Shown here in pieces: positions 49,023 through 61,236 of a stretch of DNA of 64,000 nucleotides (position 1 is the first letter of the stretch; the number at the start of each line of letters is the position of its first letter). Made by a program: the position numbers and the translations under genes. The notes under the pieces are model-generated. The model was not told the DNA's origin. It did no database searches and was given only the letters and a program-made list of their open reading frames with translations. The stretch is from Bilabrum cf. latius (taxonomy: Eukaryota). The DNA is taken from NCBI GenBank assembly GCA_965178125.1, contig OZ237746.1, forward strand, positions 682,001-746,000, written 5' to 3'.

Positions 49023-52000
49023 GCTAATGATGGGTCCGATGGAGACAGCGATCACGGGGATGGGATGATGGATCACGATGCGCACACAGCGGTGAGAGAT
49101 TCAACGACTATGCCAAATGTGTTTGTACCGATTGCTAGGCCCAATCGCGTATGCCGACTGAAGAACTTCTGAGCAGTAGTGAATGAATGTAAGAGTTTGA
49201 GTTACTGGCGTCCATCGGCCCCCGCAGATGCTCACCGAGAACCAGCAGCGAGTGCTTTACCTGCTGTCGCTGCACTCGGCCCCCGCCGAATCCCAGGACC
49301 AGGCGGAGCGGTGGGTCCGGCACCAGGCCCTGATGGTACTGGTCTACGAAGGGATCGTCGAGAACGCGCTGGACTACGATTACGCGCCGGCCTCCGAGAT
49401 GGTGGAGGGCAAGCGAATGTTCGTGAACGTCTCCCAGGAAGGCAAGGCGGACATCGGGTACCTGAGGGAAGAGGGCCTCGTGAACGGCCTCAAGATCAGC
49501 TCCAAGGAACACCTCCCGGTGACCATGTACCAGATATCGCGCAAGGGACAGGAGGTGCTAGAGGGGGTCGAGCAGGAGGACAGGGACCAGGTCAACCGGT
49601 TCGCGCTGAGTCCCGCGAGGTCCGTCATGCAGGTGGAGTGGACGGGGGACGATTTCCAGCTTGTGGCCGCGGATGGGTACAGGAAGGCCAGCACGGTGCT
49701 CGCCGTGGAGGAGGTCTCCTATGTCAGCTCCGCGTGAGCAGCACTCGTCACACCGCGTGCTTCCCTCTCGTCACACCCCAGCCCGCCCACTGGCTCCCAT
49801 ATCGTCCTTGCCTTTTTCTTGTTCACTGTTCCCCGCAGCTACATCCCCGCCTGCCTTAGACACAGCGGGCGGCCGACACTCTCCAACGCCCATCGGGTGG
49901 GCGAGCTGACTCGCTCTCAGGGTGCAGACAACATCCGAGACGACCTCGAGGAGATCATCACGCTCAACAGCGTGTCGGTGATCGTGGGCGAGTTCATCCC
50001 CTTCGGGTCCAACCAGATGGTCGAGCTCAACCACACCATGGGCAGTCCGGAGCGGGTCCTCGGCGGGTTCTTCACGGCCGCCGTGCAGGACACGTCCAGT
50101 GCATCGAGTTTCCAGATGGAGCCGGGCTTGACGGCCATCCAGATCCTTGATTACGCTCTGGCAGGGCACGTGAATCTAGAGGCCGACATCAGGCTGCCGG
50201 AGCCCGACGGAGTGGTCCAGATCGAGACGTTCGGTGTGTCCTTGCACGCGGACGGCGGCTGCTTCTTCGGCTTGCAGCTGGAGGCAGTGCAGGACAGGGT
50301 AAAAGATGCTATCTCGCTGGACCACCTGTCCCGGCTGCTTGTGGACGTGCAGACGGACTCGAGCGAGATCGTGGAACCGTTGCTGAGCCCCGACCAGCGC
50401 AAGATGCTCGACCTCGTGTACAGGGGGGACTCCCCCAACAGGAATAAAGTGAACCTCATCATCGCGAACGAGATCACGCCGCACCTGACGGCGGAGGAAT
50501 ACATGGACAAGGGAGAGTATGAGAACGAGCTCAAGCAGGTGCTCGGTGACACGCGGGCAGCCTATGACGTCACCGACAGCGACACGCTCATCTTCGGGTC
50601 CAACGGCTTGCTCCTCGCCGGGCCCAACTCAAGGACCTACGAGCCCCTGCTGGCCTCGTACGTGCAGCTGCTGTCAATGGACCTGTTCGCGCAGAACCTC
50701 TTCAGCATCATCAAGGTCGCAGACGACGACATCAGGGCCACTGCACTGCAGTGCAGGCGGTCCAGACTGCACCCACTGGTGCTCCAAGAAGCGGTCAGCC
50801 GGCTGCCGTACCTGCACAGGAAGGTGTTGCTATTAGAGAAGGTCGTGGCCTTTATGGAGGAGTCCCTTCTCGCGACAGAGGTGCCCGAGCCTCCCATGAC
50901 GGCCGCCGGCCGCGCCCTCTACCAGCGGCTCGCCCTTCCCAAGCTGCAGGCCGAGATGGCTCGCAGAGTCACCGACCTCACGAAGTACGTCAAGGAGGCA
51001 AGGGAGGAGTTCCAAGTGCTGCAGCAGCAGGCCAGTCAGATCCAAAAGGCGCGCACGGAGAATTCGCAGCAGTCGATGGAGCAGCACGTACTGGGGATCA
51101 CCGACATGATGCGGGATAAGAAGGTGGGCCAGATCGCGAACGCGCTTGACGTGGTGCAGTACCTGCTCCTCATCCTGGCGTGCTTTGCATTTTTGGACCG
51201 ACTCACGGGCGACTGGACGGTGATGGAGTCGGACTGGTTCCGGCGGGTTGGAGAGGCACTCATCACAGGGAGTGCAATGGTGTGGTTCCTGATCACGGCA
51301 GTCGTGGCCGCGTGTGCCGTAGTGGGGATCTATTACCTGCAGGACTACCGGCTGTTCGTGCAGATGGAGGACGTGGTGAAGGTGTCGCTGGAGCCCAGGA
51401 GACGCATGAACCTCGCTGCCTTCAAGGCCTTTTTGAACCCCAAGAGGCTTCTGGACAGTGCCTGGACAGTCACGACAGAAGGGGACAGGGTGTACGTCAA
51501 GTGGCTGGAGGAAACCGACTACACCATCGACTGGGCGGGCGTGAAGCCCTCCATCGCCATCACCTACTCGGCACATCTCGAGCTCATGCTCACCATCGAG
51601 GTCGAGTACCACCGTGGGCTCACCACTGACAGCGCCTCTAGGCTCAGCGAGCAGGATCTGGCGGACAAGACTTTGGCCATGCTAGAAAGATACAACGTGC
51701 TGCTGGAGGACCCATCGGCCCCCGCGCTGACTCTCGGGCCGGTGGATCCAGCCAGCAGGAAGAACCCGAGGGTGGCCATCCACCGGATCACAGGGGCGGG
51801 GGCAGACGATCGCGAGGTTGTCGAAGAGGACGGGGCCGCGGGGGGCGCAGATGTCGGCTCGCCGGGGCTACACCCCGGCGGTGGGGAGGGGGCCAGCGGC
51901 GGCAACTCGGAGTCGAAGCAGGACCCGGGCACCGGTGCAGAGGGGGCTACAGCCGCTGTGCGCGTGGACGTGACGGACCAGGGCAAAGGTGGTTCGGCTG

Positions 52001-52095
52001 CTTCCTCTGGAGGTGCTTCGTCTGCGGCTGGTGCTGGAACCACGTCTGGTCGTGGGGCTGGAGATTCAGACGTAGGGGGGGAGAGCAAGGAATGA
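49023..52095 (+). CDS. Conserved-looking uncharacterised membrane protein (N-terminal winged-helix-like segment, helical/coiled region, two TM helices); spliced, true start not located
   Basis: Exons ~49023-49091, 49228-49733 and 49839-52095 (TGA). Splicing gives EEVSYVSSA|YIPACLR in frame. TM segments VVQYLLLILACFAFL and MVWFLITAVVAACAVVGIYYL. No internal TAG in the GC-rich exons. Confidence 0.75.
49092..49227 (+). other. Spliceosomal intron (phase 0, putative)
   Basis: GTGAGA donor at 49092 and cccccgcAG acceptor immediately before ATG 49228; frame is preserved. Confidence 0.55.
49734..49838 (+). other. Spliceosomal GT-AG intron, 105 bp
   Basis: GTGAGC donor, pyrimidine tract cctttttcttgttc, ccccgcAG acceptor. 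Removal eliminates the in-frame TGA and joins ORFs 49228 and 49819. Confidence 0.85.
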
Positions 52096-52717
52096 TTGAA
52101 GAGCGCGTCGCTCTGGTGATCGGATCCAGGATCAGTGGATTGCAATGGCCCAACAATCATCTCTTCCTCCACCCGCTTGGTGAACCACCCCCTCCCTGCT
52201 CCGCCCTCAACCCCCCCCCCTTTCCCCCCTTGCCCACCCCTAGCCGCCGTTCCTGCTCGTACCTCACTGACCTGGCCTCATAACCGCGCTCCCTCCTCCG
52301 TATCCGGACTTCTTCCCCGGCATCTAATCCTGCACCTCGAGGGGGTTCTGCGCCCAACCCGCTACCTCAATCTCAGAGACCTTGCTAGCCTCACCAACTA
52401 GCGTCCGAGTCATTCATTTAAGTGCTGAATTTATTAACAAACGACTATGGTAGTAGAGCGTGTATACCCGCTCGGCATCCGCCTAACATAGGACTCGTGC
52501 GAGTTGCGATCTGCCCCACTGGCACTGGCAGACGAGTGTGGTTTTCATCTTCTTCAAAAAAGTATGTGGTCGCAACCCTAATTTTTTAAAATGCTCACCT
52601 TTGCTCAGAACGCCAGTTCACACCAAGAGTTTCATCGCACGTATCGAGAAAAGGCTTTATCACTAGGGGGTTAACGCAAACGTGTTCCGTCATTACCAGC
52701 AAAAAAGAGAGCCTGAA

Positions 52718-53848
52718 ATGTCTCGTAGCAGGCTCAGCAAATTTGGTTCGATTCGTCATTTGCTGCCTCGCTGCGCGCACTGCGGTCTAGAGCTAGATCC
52801 AAGGGACCCTGAGCGGCCCGCACTATACATCCCAACTTGTCATTGTCGCTTATGCGAAAGCTGTTTCTGCCTTCGGCGAGTGCGCTGCCCGGTCAGGCGT
52901 TGCAACGAACGCGTCCGCGGCGACGACAAGGCAGTGCGCATCGATCTAGGAGTTTCTTCAGAGTACGAAAAGACGCCCCAGGGAAAGATTGTATTGCTAT
53001 CGTACCAGTTCCCTCAGGAGTTCAAAGAGGCGGCGGATTTTTGTCGCAAAACAGAGCAAAAGGCGCGCTCTGTACGAGCAGAGGCAGCCCAGGGGGGCGC
53101 AGAGCAGCCAACCGCGCACACCGCGCCAGAGGACCCATTCACAGCGTCGTGTCGTTTTACTAGTGTTAGCCACGTTGATGCAGTCCTAGGAGTGACTACC
53201 CGCTAGAACAAGCGCCGTTCTGGCCGAGATGCAACGCCCTGGCGATTCCCGCCCCCCCTTGCATCTCTCACGACAGGCGGGGGTGCATGGTAGCGTGTCG
53301 GCTCTAAAAGCAGCCAGGGCACCGCTGCAGATGCTTATGGAACCGGTAGATGGAAAGACACTCGGTCCCTCGGATCCGATTCGAAGGGAGCTGCGATGGC
53401 GGGCGGGCTCCGAAGAGGTGGCGAGGTCAGGGCATCGTCCTAGCCCCGCGTTGGGAAGGCAACACCAGCGGGCCGCTCCATGCCCATGCGGATAGTGGGG
53501 CTCCAGGCAGCGTCGGATCGTGCAGGTGTGACCGACTTGGGTGTGGCTGCGGCGGGCGCTGTGGACAGCTCGAGCAAACAGGTCGCCCTTGCCGATCGAC
53601 AGGAGCATGAGGCGGTTCCAAGGGGGGTTCGCGCGGGTCTGCCACAAGGACGGGTGATCTCAGTGATCAGCGCCGTGCATGGCCAGGAGCAGCCGCCCAG
53701 TGCGACTAGTGCTCGATCAGAGGATAAGGGGGGCTCGCGCATGAAGCGGTCTTCGGGAAGCGCCTTTAGTCCGCGACCCTCTGCGAAGTGTTGGCGCGTA
53801 GAGGACAGCGAGGCAGGCGGGTACTCAGGGCGCCCCCCAAAATCATGA
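52718..53848 (+). CDS. RING-finger protein with disordered C-terminus, 376 aa (TAG=Gln)
   Basis: CAHC-x-CHCRLCESC-x-CPVRRC pattern. ORFs 52682 and 53480 are joined via 3 TAGs and end at TGA 53846-53848. Confidence 0.7.
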
Positions 53849-54434
53849 GGCCCTGGTTGCCATCCGGTAGACGTACAATGCCAGCTTGATCCTGGTCCAC
53901 CTGTGCGATCTTCACCGACTCGTCCTCATAGGGCCGAGGCATCTCGCTGCTTCCTCCAACAGATGGCATCGCTGTCACTAGTGTCTCCGGACGTATTGCA
54001 CGGGATCTTTGGTTTCTCTTAATTATAGCGAGTGCATGCTAAGCGGGGTACGCCAATGTAACAAGTCAAATTAAACTGGCAGAAGCACGCAGGAGCCAAG
54101 AGCATCCGATTGACCCACAGCAGCCACAGAACTTACTGAATCACACTCGCCGGCCGCACTCTCTTTGGTGGGGCCCTTGCCGTAGTCTTATTGTCCTCCT
54201 CCTCCTTGACCATGCCCTTCAGCACCTCTTCGAGGGCGCCAAGCTGATCCATGACGCTGGGCCGCACTCCCTGCATGGCACCAAATACCTAATGCTCCTT
54301 GTAACCAGCAGACACTGTCTGAAGCGTGGGTGCTTCCATCAGCGGGTTGCGCCGCTTGCAAGGATCTGAAAGCCCATCGCTCCCCTCCTTGGCATCCACT
54401 CAAGCTCCTGAAGCTGACGTGCTACTGGACGGGT

Positions 54435-54552
54435 CAGAGACACCATCGCCATCGTGCCCGGGTCCCTGCCGCCCCCCCCCCCCCCCCAACGGGCCTGCCC
54501 ATAGACACCCGAATGGTGTCCACGCAGCTGGCCACAAATGCAGCCACTTGTG
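54435..54552 (-). pseudogene. Relic fragment of the LRR-paralog C-terminal domain
   Basis: Encodes QVAAFVASCVDTIRVSMGRPVGG..GRDPGTMAMVSL, matching 55150-55256, with an expanded poly-C run. Lies just past the stop of copy A. Confidence 0.75.
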
Positions 54553-54556
54553 CTAG

Positions 54557-57478
54557 TCATGACACCGTACACGGGCACCCAGACCCGGCGGCAATCACGG
54601 ACGCCTCATCGACAGGCGTATGGCCATCCATTTCAGCAACCGCTCCGCCCTGCAACGAACCTACATCACCCGCCACCGACTGCCTGGCAATCACCTCCTC
54701 CAGCACCTTCACGCACTCTCCATGACCGCCCAAACGAGCCGCCTCCAAGGGACCCACCATCGCCCCACCCTCCATCTCGCCCTTGATCTCCAGCCCACCC
54801 GCCAACCGACCCAGCCTCAGCCGCTTCCCCAGCTCCAACTGCCAACCCTCTCTCGCCGCCCGGAACACCCTGCCTGCGTCTCTCTTGGCATTCACTGCCC
54901 GGCGCCATAGCAGCACATGACTCTGTCGATCTGTCATTTTACCCGCCAGCGTCTCTCCGCACAGACAGGCCAATCCAGGATAGTCTGATTCGATTGCCCA
55001 TCGCTGCATGCTCCTCACGCGATCGAAGCAGCCGCCATCTCGTAACGCGTACCGTAACACAGGCACTACGTCCACCAATGGCACCCCATCCCGGTCCCTC
55101 TCCACCTCATCATACTCGGCCTTACACGCGTCTCCCATGCCCAGCACCAGAGACACCATCGCCATCGTGCCCGGGTCCCTGCCGCCCTCCCCCACGGGCC
55201 TGACCATGGACTCCCGGATGGTGTCCATGCAGCTGGCCACGAATGCAGCCACTTGAGTCAGGTCCACAGCCCCGCCCTCAGCAGCTAGGTGCATGGCGGC
55301 CACGGCGCGGCCAGCGAGCACCCGGGGGCTGGGAGCGGGCGGAGGTACAGATGCGGCAGTGCTTGGCCCACAATCGCTGGAATGTGCAATCTCTGTCTTG
55401 AGCTGTTGGTCCATCCACTTCCTGACGACCATGTGCCGCTGCATGCCAAGCATGTCCTCGGGAGTCTTTGTGCGTCCACCAACTGTCATTTCACTCATCG
55501 ACCCGGACTACATGGCTGCCTGCTGCATGCCCTCCAGGATAGCTTCACTCCAGCTGGACCTGGCGATGTCAACACTGAATACTTTGCATGTTCTGCTCGA
55601 TGCAATCGCAGGCAGTAGAGCCCGCGCGGCAGCTTCCGAGAGTTGTGAATAGGAGTCTAATGTCAGCCGACGCAAGGAAGCAGACTCGGAAAGCAGCCTC
55701 GCGACAAAGGGGGCAGATGCGGCAGACACGAGCTCATCCTTCACTTTCATATATTGCAGCGTGGGATGACGTGCAGCAGCCTCGAATAGCACACGACTTT
55801 CATCATCTAAGCTTTTGGTTGGCTCAGCGCTTATTGCCAACTCGTGCAGAGTTGTGTTCCTAGCGAGGCCGGCAGCCAGTGGCGCAACACACTCAGGCTG
55901 CAGGCCACATGCTAGAATTTCCAATCGGCGAAGAGCAATGCCTGGATTCTCGCCTAGTGCCTTCCCCAATGCAACGGGTGTCTATCCGCCGAGAGCCCAT
56001 TTATTGTGGCTCAGATTCAGATCTTCTAGCGTGCTGTTCGACTGCAGCCCGACCGCGATTGCATGCCCGCCCTCGCTTCCGACTTTTCCCCCGCTGAGGT
56101 TTAGCATGTTGAGAGTGGTGTTGACTGCCAGCGCATTGCCCAGAGCCACAGCGCCATCATCTCTTATTTTGCTGCCCATCAGCCCAAGTTTCTCCAACAC
56201 GCACGAGGGCCGGGACAGCCAGAGTGCAATATATCTGGCCCCATCGGATCCCACGTTGCAGCCTGGCAACAGTAGCTCCCTGAGACCACTGCCAGCGGTA
56301 GAATGTCCCTTCATTATGCTGGCAATCCCAAAACAAGAAATATCACAATGCTACAGCGCGAGCGTCTTGAGCGAGCATCCTCTTGGCGAAGCAAGTGCTT
56401 GCCCGAGCAAGGTCGCAAATTCGTCATTAGAGTCATCCGAGTCATCTGAGTCATCTGAGATATCCGATTTAGGCCAAGGCTCATTAACCAAATCATAAAA
56501 TTCATCCCTGTCGTCCCCGCATGGCTGACGCAATGATTTCTAGTCGAGTTGGCTCGCGCCAATGTACAGACTCTCAAGTCGCAGCGCCCCCGTTGCCGCT
56601 CCTTTCCGAATGCCGCGAGCAAGAGGCACCATATCGGCAATGCTCCCACGGGCCACAACAAGCTACAACTTGCGGAGGGTTGAGTTGGTCGCAAGCGCAT
56701 GCTCCCATGCCTCCATCGCACCATCATCAATCCGAATGGTCGCATACTGGATGCTTAGCTCTTCCAATGCATGATTATGCGGTAACGCTCTAGCTATCCT
56801 TACACTAGTACTCTCATCTGTTCGGTTGCGCAAGCTGAGCACGCGCAATGTCTTGTTAAATTTTAGCCCTGTGCACATCAAATCCGCAGACCTGGAATAG
56901 CGACTAGCAATGCTCAGCTCCGTAAGGCATGTGTTGCATGCGAGAGACTGAATCAAAGAAGTGCTCCTCGTTGCTAACGGTAGCGACCCCGGGACCAGCC
57001 TTGCCTTAAGCAATGAAAAACATCCATCGGCAGCTTCGGGGCCTGTCAGCGGGGTTTCGTACTCTCCATCGAGAGACTGCAAACCTGATCGCTACAGAAT
57101 GGCGGCTGCTAAATTGGACCTAACATATGTTTCGCCTCTGCCGCGGGTTACTAGCCTATCGGAATCGAGCACGAAACGTCGCAAAGGAGCTCTCGTTTTG
57201 GCGAGGCTGGTTGCAAGTACTGAATGACCGCTATCTTGCAGCTCGCATCGTTGAATATAGAATGACTATACAGATTCATTTGTAATAAATGCGTTTCCAA
57301 GACAAGCGTACTGTTGTAGCCCCAAGCTCGATCCTGCAACAGAAAGACGTACGAGACTGCTGGACCGTCCAATTGCTTTCGAGAGCGCATCAAGATCTCC
57401 ATTTAAGGAATTAAAGTTAATGCACAATCGGCGGCACCCGCTGTTTATCTGGTCGAGAATCCATGACAAATTGTCCAT
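54557..57478 (-). CDS. Ribonuclease-inhibitor-type LRR protein, copy A (~973 aa, TAG=Gln), C-terminal CaaX-like CTVS
   Basis: Six minus ORFs share one frame joined by 7 TAGs. LRRs such as ALAVNTTLNMLNLSGGKVGSEGGHAIAVGLQSNSTLEDLNLSHN; TGA 54557. Start assigned by similarity to copy B (MDNLSWILDQIN vs MDYSLLLIDQIN). Confidence 0.85.
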
Positions 57479-57956
57479 TTCGTCTACAATCTGGTTAAAG
57501 TAGTAGATGTGGTCGAGTGATCCGATCCCATTCGTGTCTGCTCCGATCACTCCCAATCTTCACCCATACGCCCCCACCTTAAACCAACTAGGTCTGTGCC
57601 CCCCTCATTCTATTCCCCGAATCAACAAGATTACTTCACCAATCATCTTCTCCGAGGGTCCACTTTTCTTTCACCTGCCTGCCAGTGGTGGAGCATTACA
57701 CCCCCATCCACGGGACGTGGTGTTCCATGATTCATGACCGCCGCAGCGGTGCCGCTCCTGCACATACCTCACTCGGCTGGCGCCATCAACCGCTCACTAC
57801 TACGCTATGCCTCATCTGATCTTATATCCTTCACGGGAACTGCACCCAACGTAGAGCGTCAATCACAGACACCTCATTGCCCTCGCCAGCGGACAGATCC
57901 TGTCCATGGCCCGTCTGGAGCGCTTGTTCATTGGATCCATCGACATTAGTCATGAC

Positions 57957-60900
57957 TCATGATACAGAACATCCGCATCCGCACCCAGGCCCCTATTCTG
58001 CTTCAGAGGTCCTAGTGTCTCGCAATGACACTTCATGCTCGCGTCGCTCTCGCTCCATCTCAGCTGCCCTGGCATATCGCAATGATGCTTCATGCTCGCG
58101 TCGCTGTCGCTCTATCTCAACTGCCCTGGCGTCACGCAATGACGCTTCATGCTCGCGTCGCTGTCGCTCCATCTCAACTGCCCTGGCGTCACGCAATGAC
58201 GCTTCATGCTCGCGTCGCTGTCGCTCCATCTCAGCTGCCCTGGCGTCACGCAATACCGCTGCGTCAAGTGTTGTCTCCGACTGCCTGGCAATCACCTCCT
58301 CCAGCACCTTCACGCACTCTCCATGACCGCCCAAACGAGCCGCCTCCAAGGGACCCACCATCGCCCCACCCTCCACCTCGCCCTTCATCTCCAGCCCACC
58401 CGCCAACCGACCCAGCCTCAGCCGCTTCCCCAGCTCTAACGGCCTGCCTTCACTAGCTGCTCGGAACACCCTGCCGGCGTCCCTCTAGGCCTCCACTGCC
58501 CTGCGCCATCGAAGCACATGCCTCCGTCGATCAGCCTCCTCCAGCGCCAGCGTCTCCCCGCACAAACAGGCCAATCCAGGATAGTCTGCTTTGATTGCCC
58601 ATCGCTGCACGCTCCTCACGCGATCGAAGCAGCCGCCATCTCGCAACGCATACCGCAACACAGGCAGCTCCTCCACCACAGGCACCCCATCCCGGTCCCT
58701 CTCCACCTCATCATACTCGGCCTGACACGCGTCTCCCATGCCCAGCACCAGAGACACCATCGCCATCGTGCCCGGGTCCCTGCCGCCCTCCCCCACGCCC
58801 ACGGGCCTGACCATGGACCCCCGGATGATGTCCATGCAGCTGGCCACGAATGCAGCCACTTGCGTCAGGTCCACGGCCCCGCCCTCAGCGGCTAGGTGCA
58901 TGGCGGCCACGGCACGGCCAGCGAGCACTCGGGGGCTGGGAGCGGGCGGATGTACAGATGCGGCAGTGCTTGGCCCAGGGTCGCTGGAATGTGCAATCTC
59001 TGTCTCCAGCTGTTGGTTCATCCACTTCCTGACGACCATGTGCCGCTGCATGCCAAGCCTGTCCCCGTGATTCTTTGTGCGTCCACCAATTGTCATTTCA
59101 CTCATCGACCCGGACTGCACGGCTGCCTGCTGCATGCCCTCTAGGATAGCTTCACTCCATCTAGGCATGACGACACCAACACTGAATACTTTGCATGTTC
59201 TGCTCGATGCAATTGCAGGCAGTAGAGCCCGCGCGGCAGCTTCCGGGGGTTGTGAATAGGAATCTAATGTCAGCCGACGCAAGGAAGCAGACTCGGAAAG
59301 CAGCCTCGCGACAAAGGGGGCAGACGCGGCGGACACGAGCTCATCCTTCACTTTAATATATTGCAGCGTCGGATGGTGCATGACAGCCTCGAATAGCACA
59401 CAGCCTTCATCATCTAAGCTTTTGGTTGGCTCAATGCTTATTGATAACTCCCGCAGAGTGGTGTTCCCAGCGAGGCCGGCAGCCAAAGGCACGACACCGG
59501 CGGGCTGCAAACTACATGATGCAATATCCAATCGACGAAGAGCAATGCCTGGATTCTCGCCTAGAGCCTTTCCCAATGCAACGGGTGTCTATCCGCCGAG
59601 AGCCCGCCCTGTCCAATTCAGATCCAGATCTTCTAGCGTGCTGTTCGACTGCAGCCCGACTGCGATTGCATGCCCGCCCTCGCTTCCGACTTCCCCCCCG
59701 CTTAGATCTAGCATGTTGAGAGTGTTGTTGACTGCAAGCGCCCTACCCAGAGCCATAGCACCATCATTTCTAATTTTGCTGCCCATCAGCGCAAGTTTCT
59801 CCAACATACAGGAGGGCCGGGACAGCTGAGCTGCGATCTGTATGGCCCCATCCGATCCCACGTTGCAGCCTGGCAAAAGCAGCTCCCTGAGGCCACTGCC
59901 AGCGGTGGGATTGCACTGCAGTAAGCTGTCGATGCCAACACGAGAAAATTCGCAGCCCTCCAGCTGGAGCTTTTTCAGAGAGCAACCTCTTGGCGAAGCA
60001 AGTGCTTGCCCGAGCAAGATCGCAAACCCGTCATTGAAATCATTAGAGTCATCCGAGTCATCAAAGTCATCCGAGTCGTCCGAGTCGGGCCAAGACTCAT
60101 TGACGTAGTCATCCAAGGCCTTCGTTGTTCGTCGATTTGGTGCACTGTACTCGCGTTTGCTCGCGACAATATGCAGGCTCTCAAGTCGCAGCGCCCCCGT
60201 TGCCGCTCCTTCCCGAATACCGCGAGCAAGAGGCACCATGCTAGCAATGCCCCTCTGGACCACGTCCAGCTTCAGCGTGCGGAGGGTCGAGTTGGTCGCA
60301 AGCGCATGCCCCCACGCTTCCATTGAAGCACCATGCATGGTCGCACCCTGGATGTTCAGCTCTTCCAATGCATGGTTATACAATAATGCTCTTGCAACAC
60401 TCGTACTAGTGCTGTAGTTTGTCGAACTACGCAAACTGAGTGCACGAAGCGTCTAGTTCGTGCTCAGGCTCGCGACAAGTTGTTTGGCGGACTCTTTATC
60501 GTGGCTGCCGACGACCAGCTCAGTCAGGGATGTATTCCTTGCTAAGGAGCGAATGAAAGGAGCAGTGCTAGCAGATCGACGCGGGGTACACGGCAAAAGT
60601 TGTGCCTTACGCAAAGACGATGATCCCCCGGCAGCTTTGAGGACCGGGTATATCAGCTAGTCGCTGTACGTTACGTCGACTGTCTGCACACCTGGGCGCT
60701 GCAAGACTGCGATTGATATGATAAACCCTGCCATTTCCATATTCTTGCAGTACTTGAACACGAAACGGCGCAAAGGTGCTTTCGATTTTGCAAGGCTGTC
60801 CGCAAGAAGGGAATGGCCGCTCTCTTGCAGCTCGCATCGTTGAAGGTCGAGAGACGTAATTGACCTGTTTGATACAAATGCGCTACCAAGGCAAGTATAT

Positions 60901-61067
60901 TGTCTCAGCCCCAAGCTTGATCCCGTAACCCTAAGACTGGAGAGACTGCTGGACATTCCAATCGCTTTGGAGAGACTATCAAGATCTCCTGAAAAAGCAT
61001 CAAAGTCAATACGCAAGCACCTACATCCTGTATTTATCTGATCAATTAGCAATAAGGAATAGTCCAT
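57957..61067 (-). CDS. RI-type LRR protein, copy B (~1036 aa, TAG=Gln), coiled-coil repeat and CaaX-like CSVS
   Basis: Minus ORFs with 5' ends at 61067, 60434, 59576 and 58469 share one frame with 5 TAGs. Reading through TAG 57993 gives GPGCGCGCSVS-TGA (57957), homologous to the end of copy A. Confidence 0.85.
58020..58255 (-). repeat. 57-bp coding repeat x4 (LRDARAAEMERQRREHEAS), charged coiled coil
   Basis: Repeat of cgcaatgacgcttcatgctcgcgtcgctgtcgctccatctca; present only in LRR copy B. Confidence 0.9.
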
Positions 61068-61236
61068 TGCGTCTATAATACAGACAGAAAAATGTAGATC
61101 TGTGTGGGTGAAGGCCTACTAGCTCCGGATCCATACTGGATGCAGGGGTGGTAATCGATTTGGCCAATTTGATTGAAATGCTCCAGCACAGTAATGTACA
61201 TACACACAATAGCGCCTGGTTATCCATATTGTCGCA

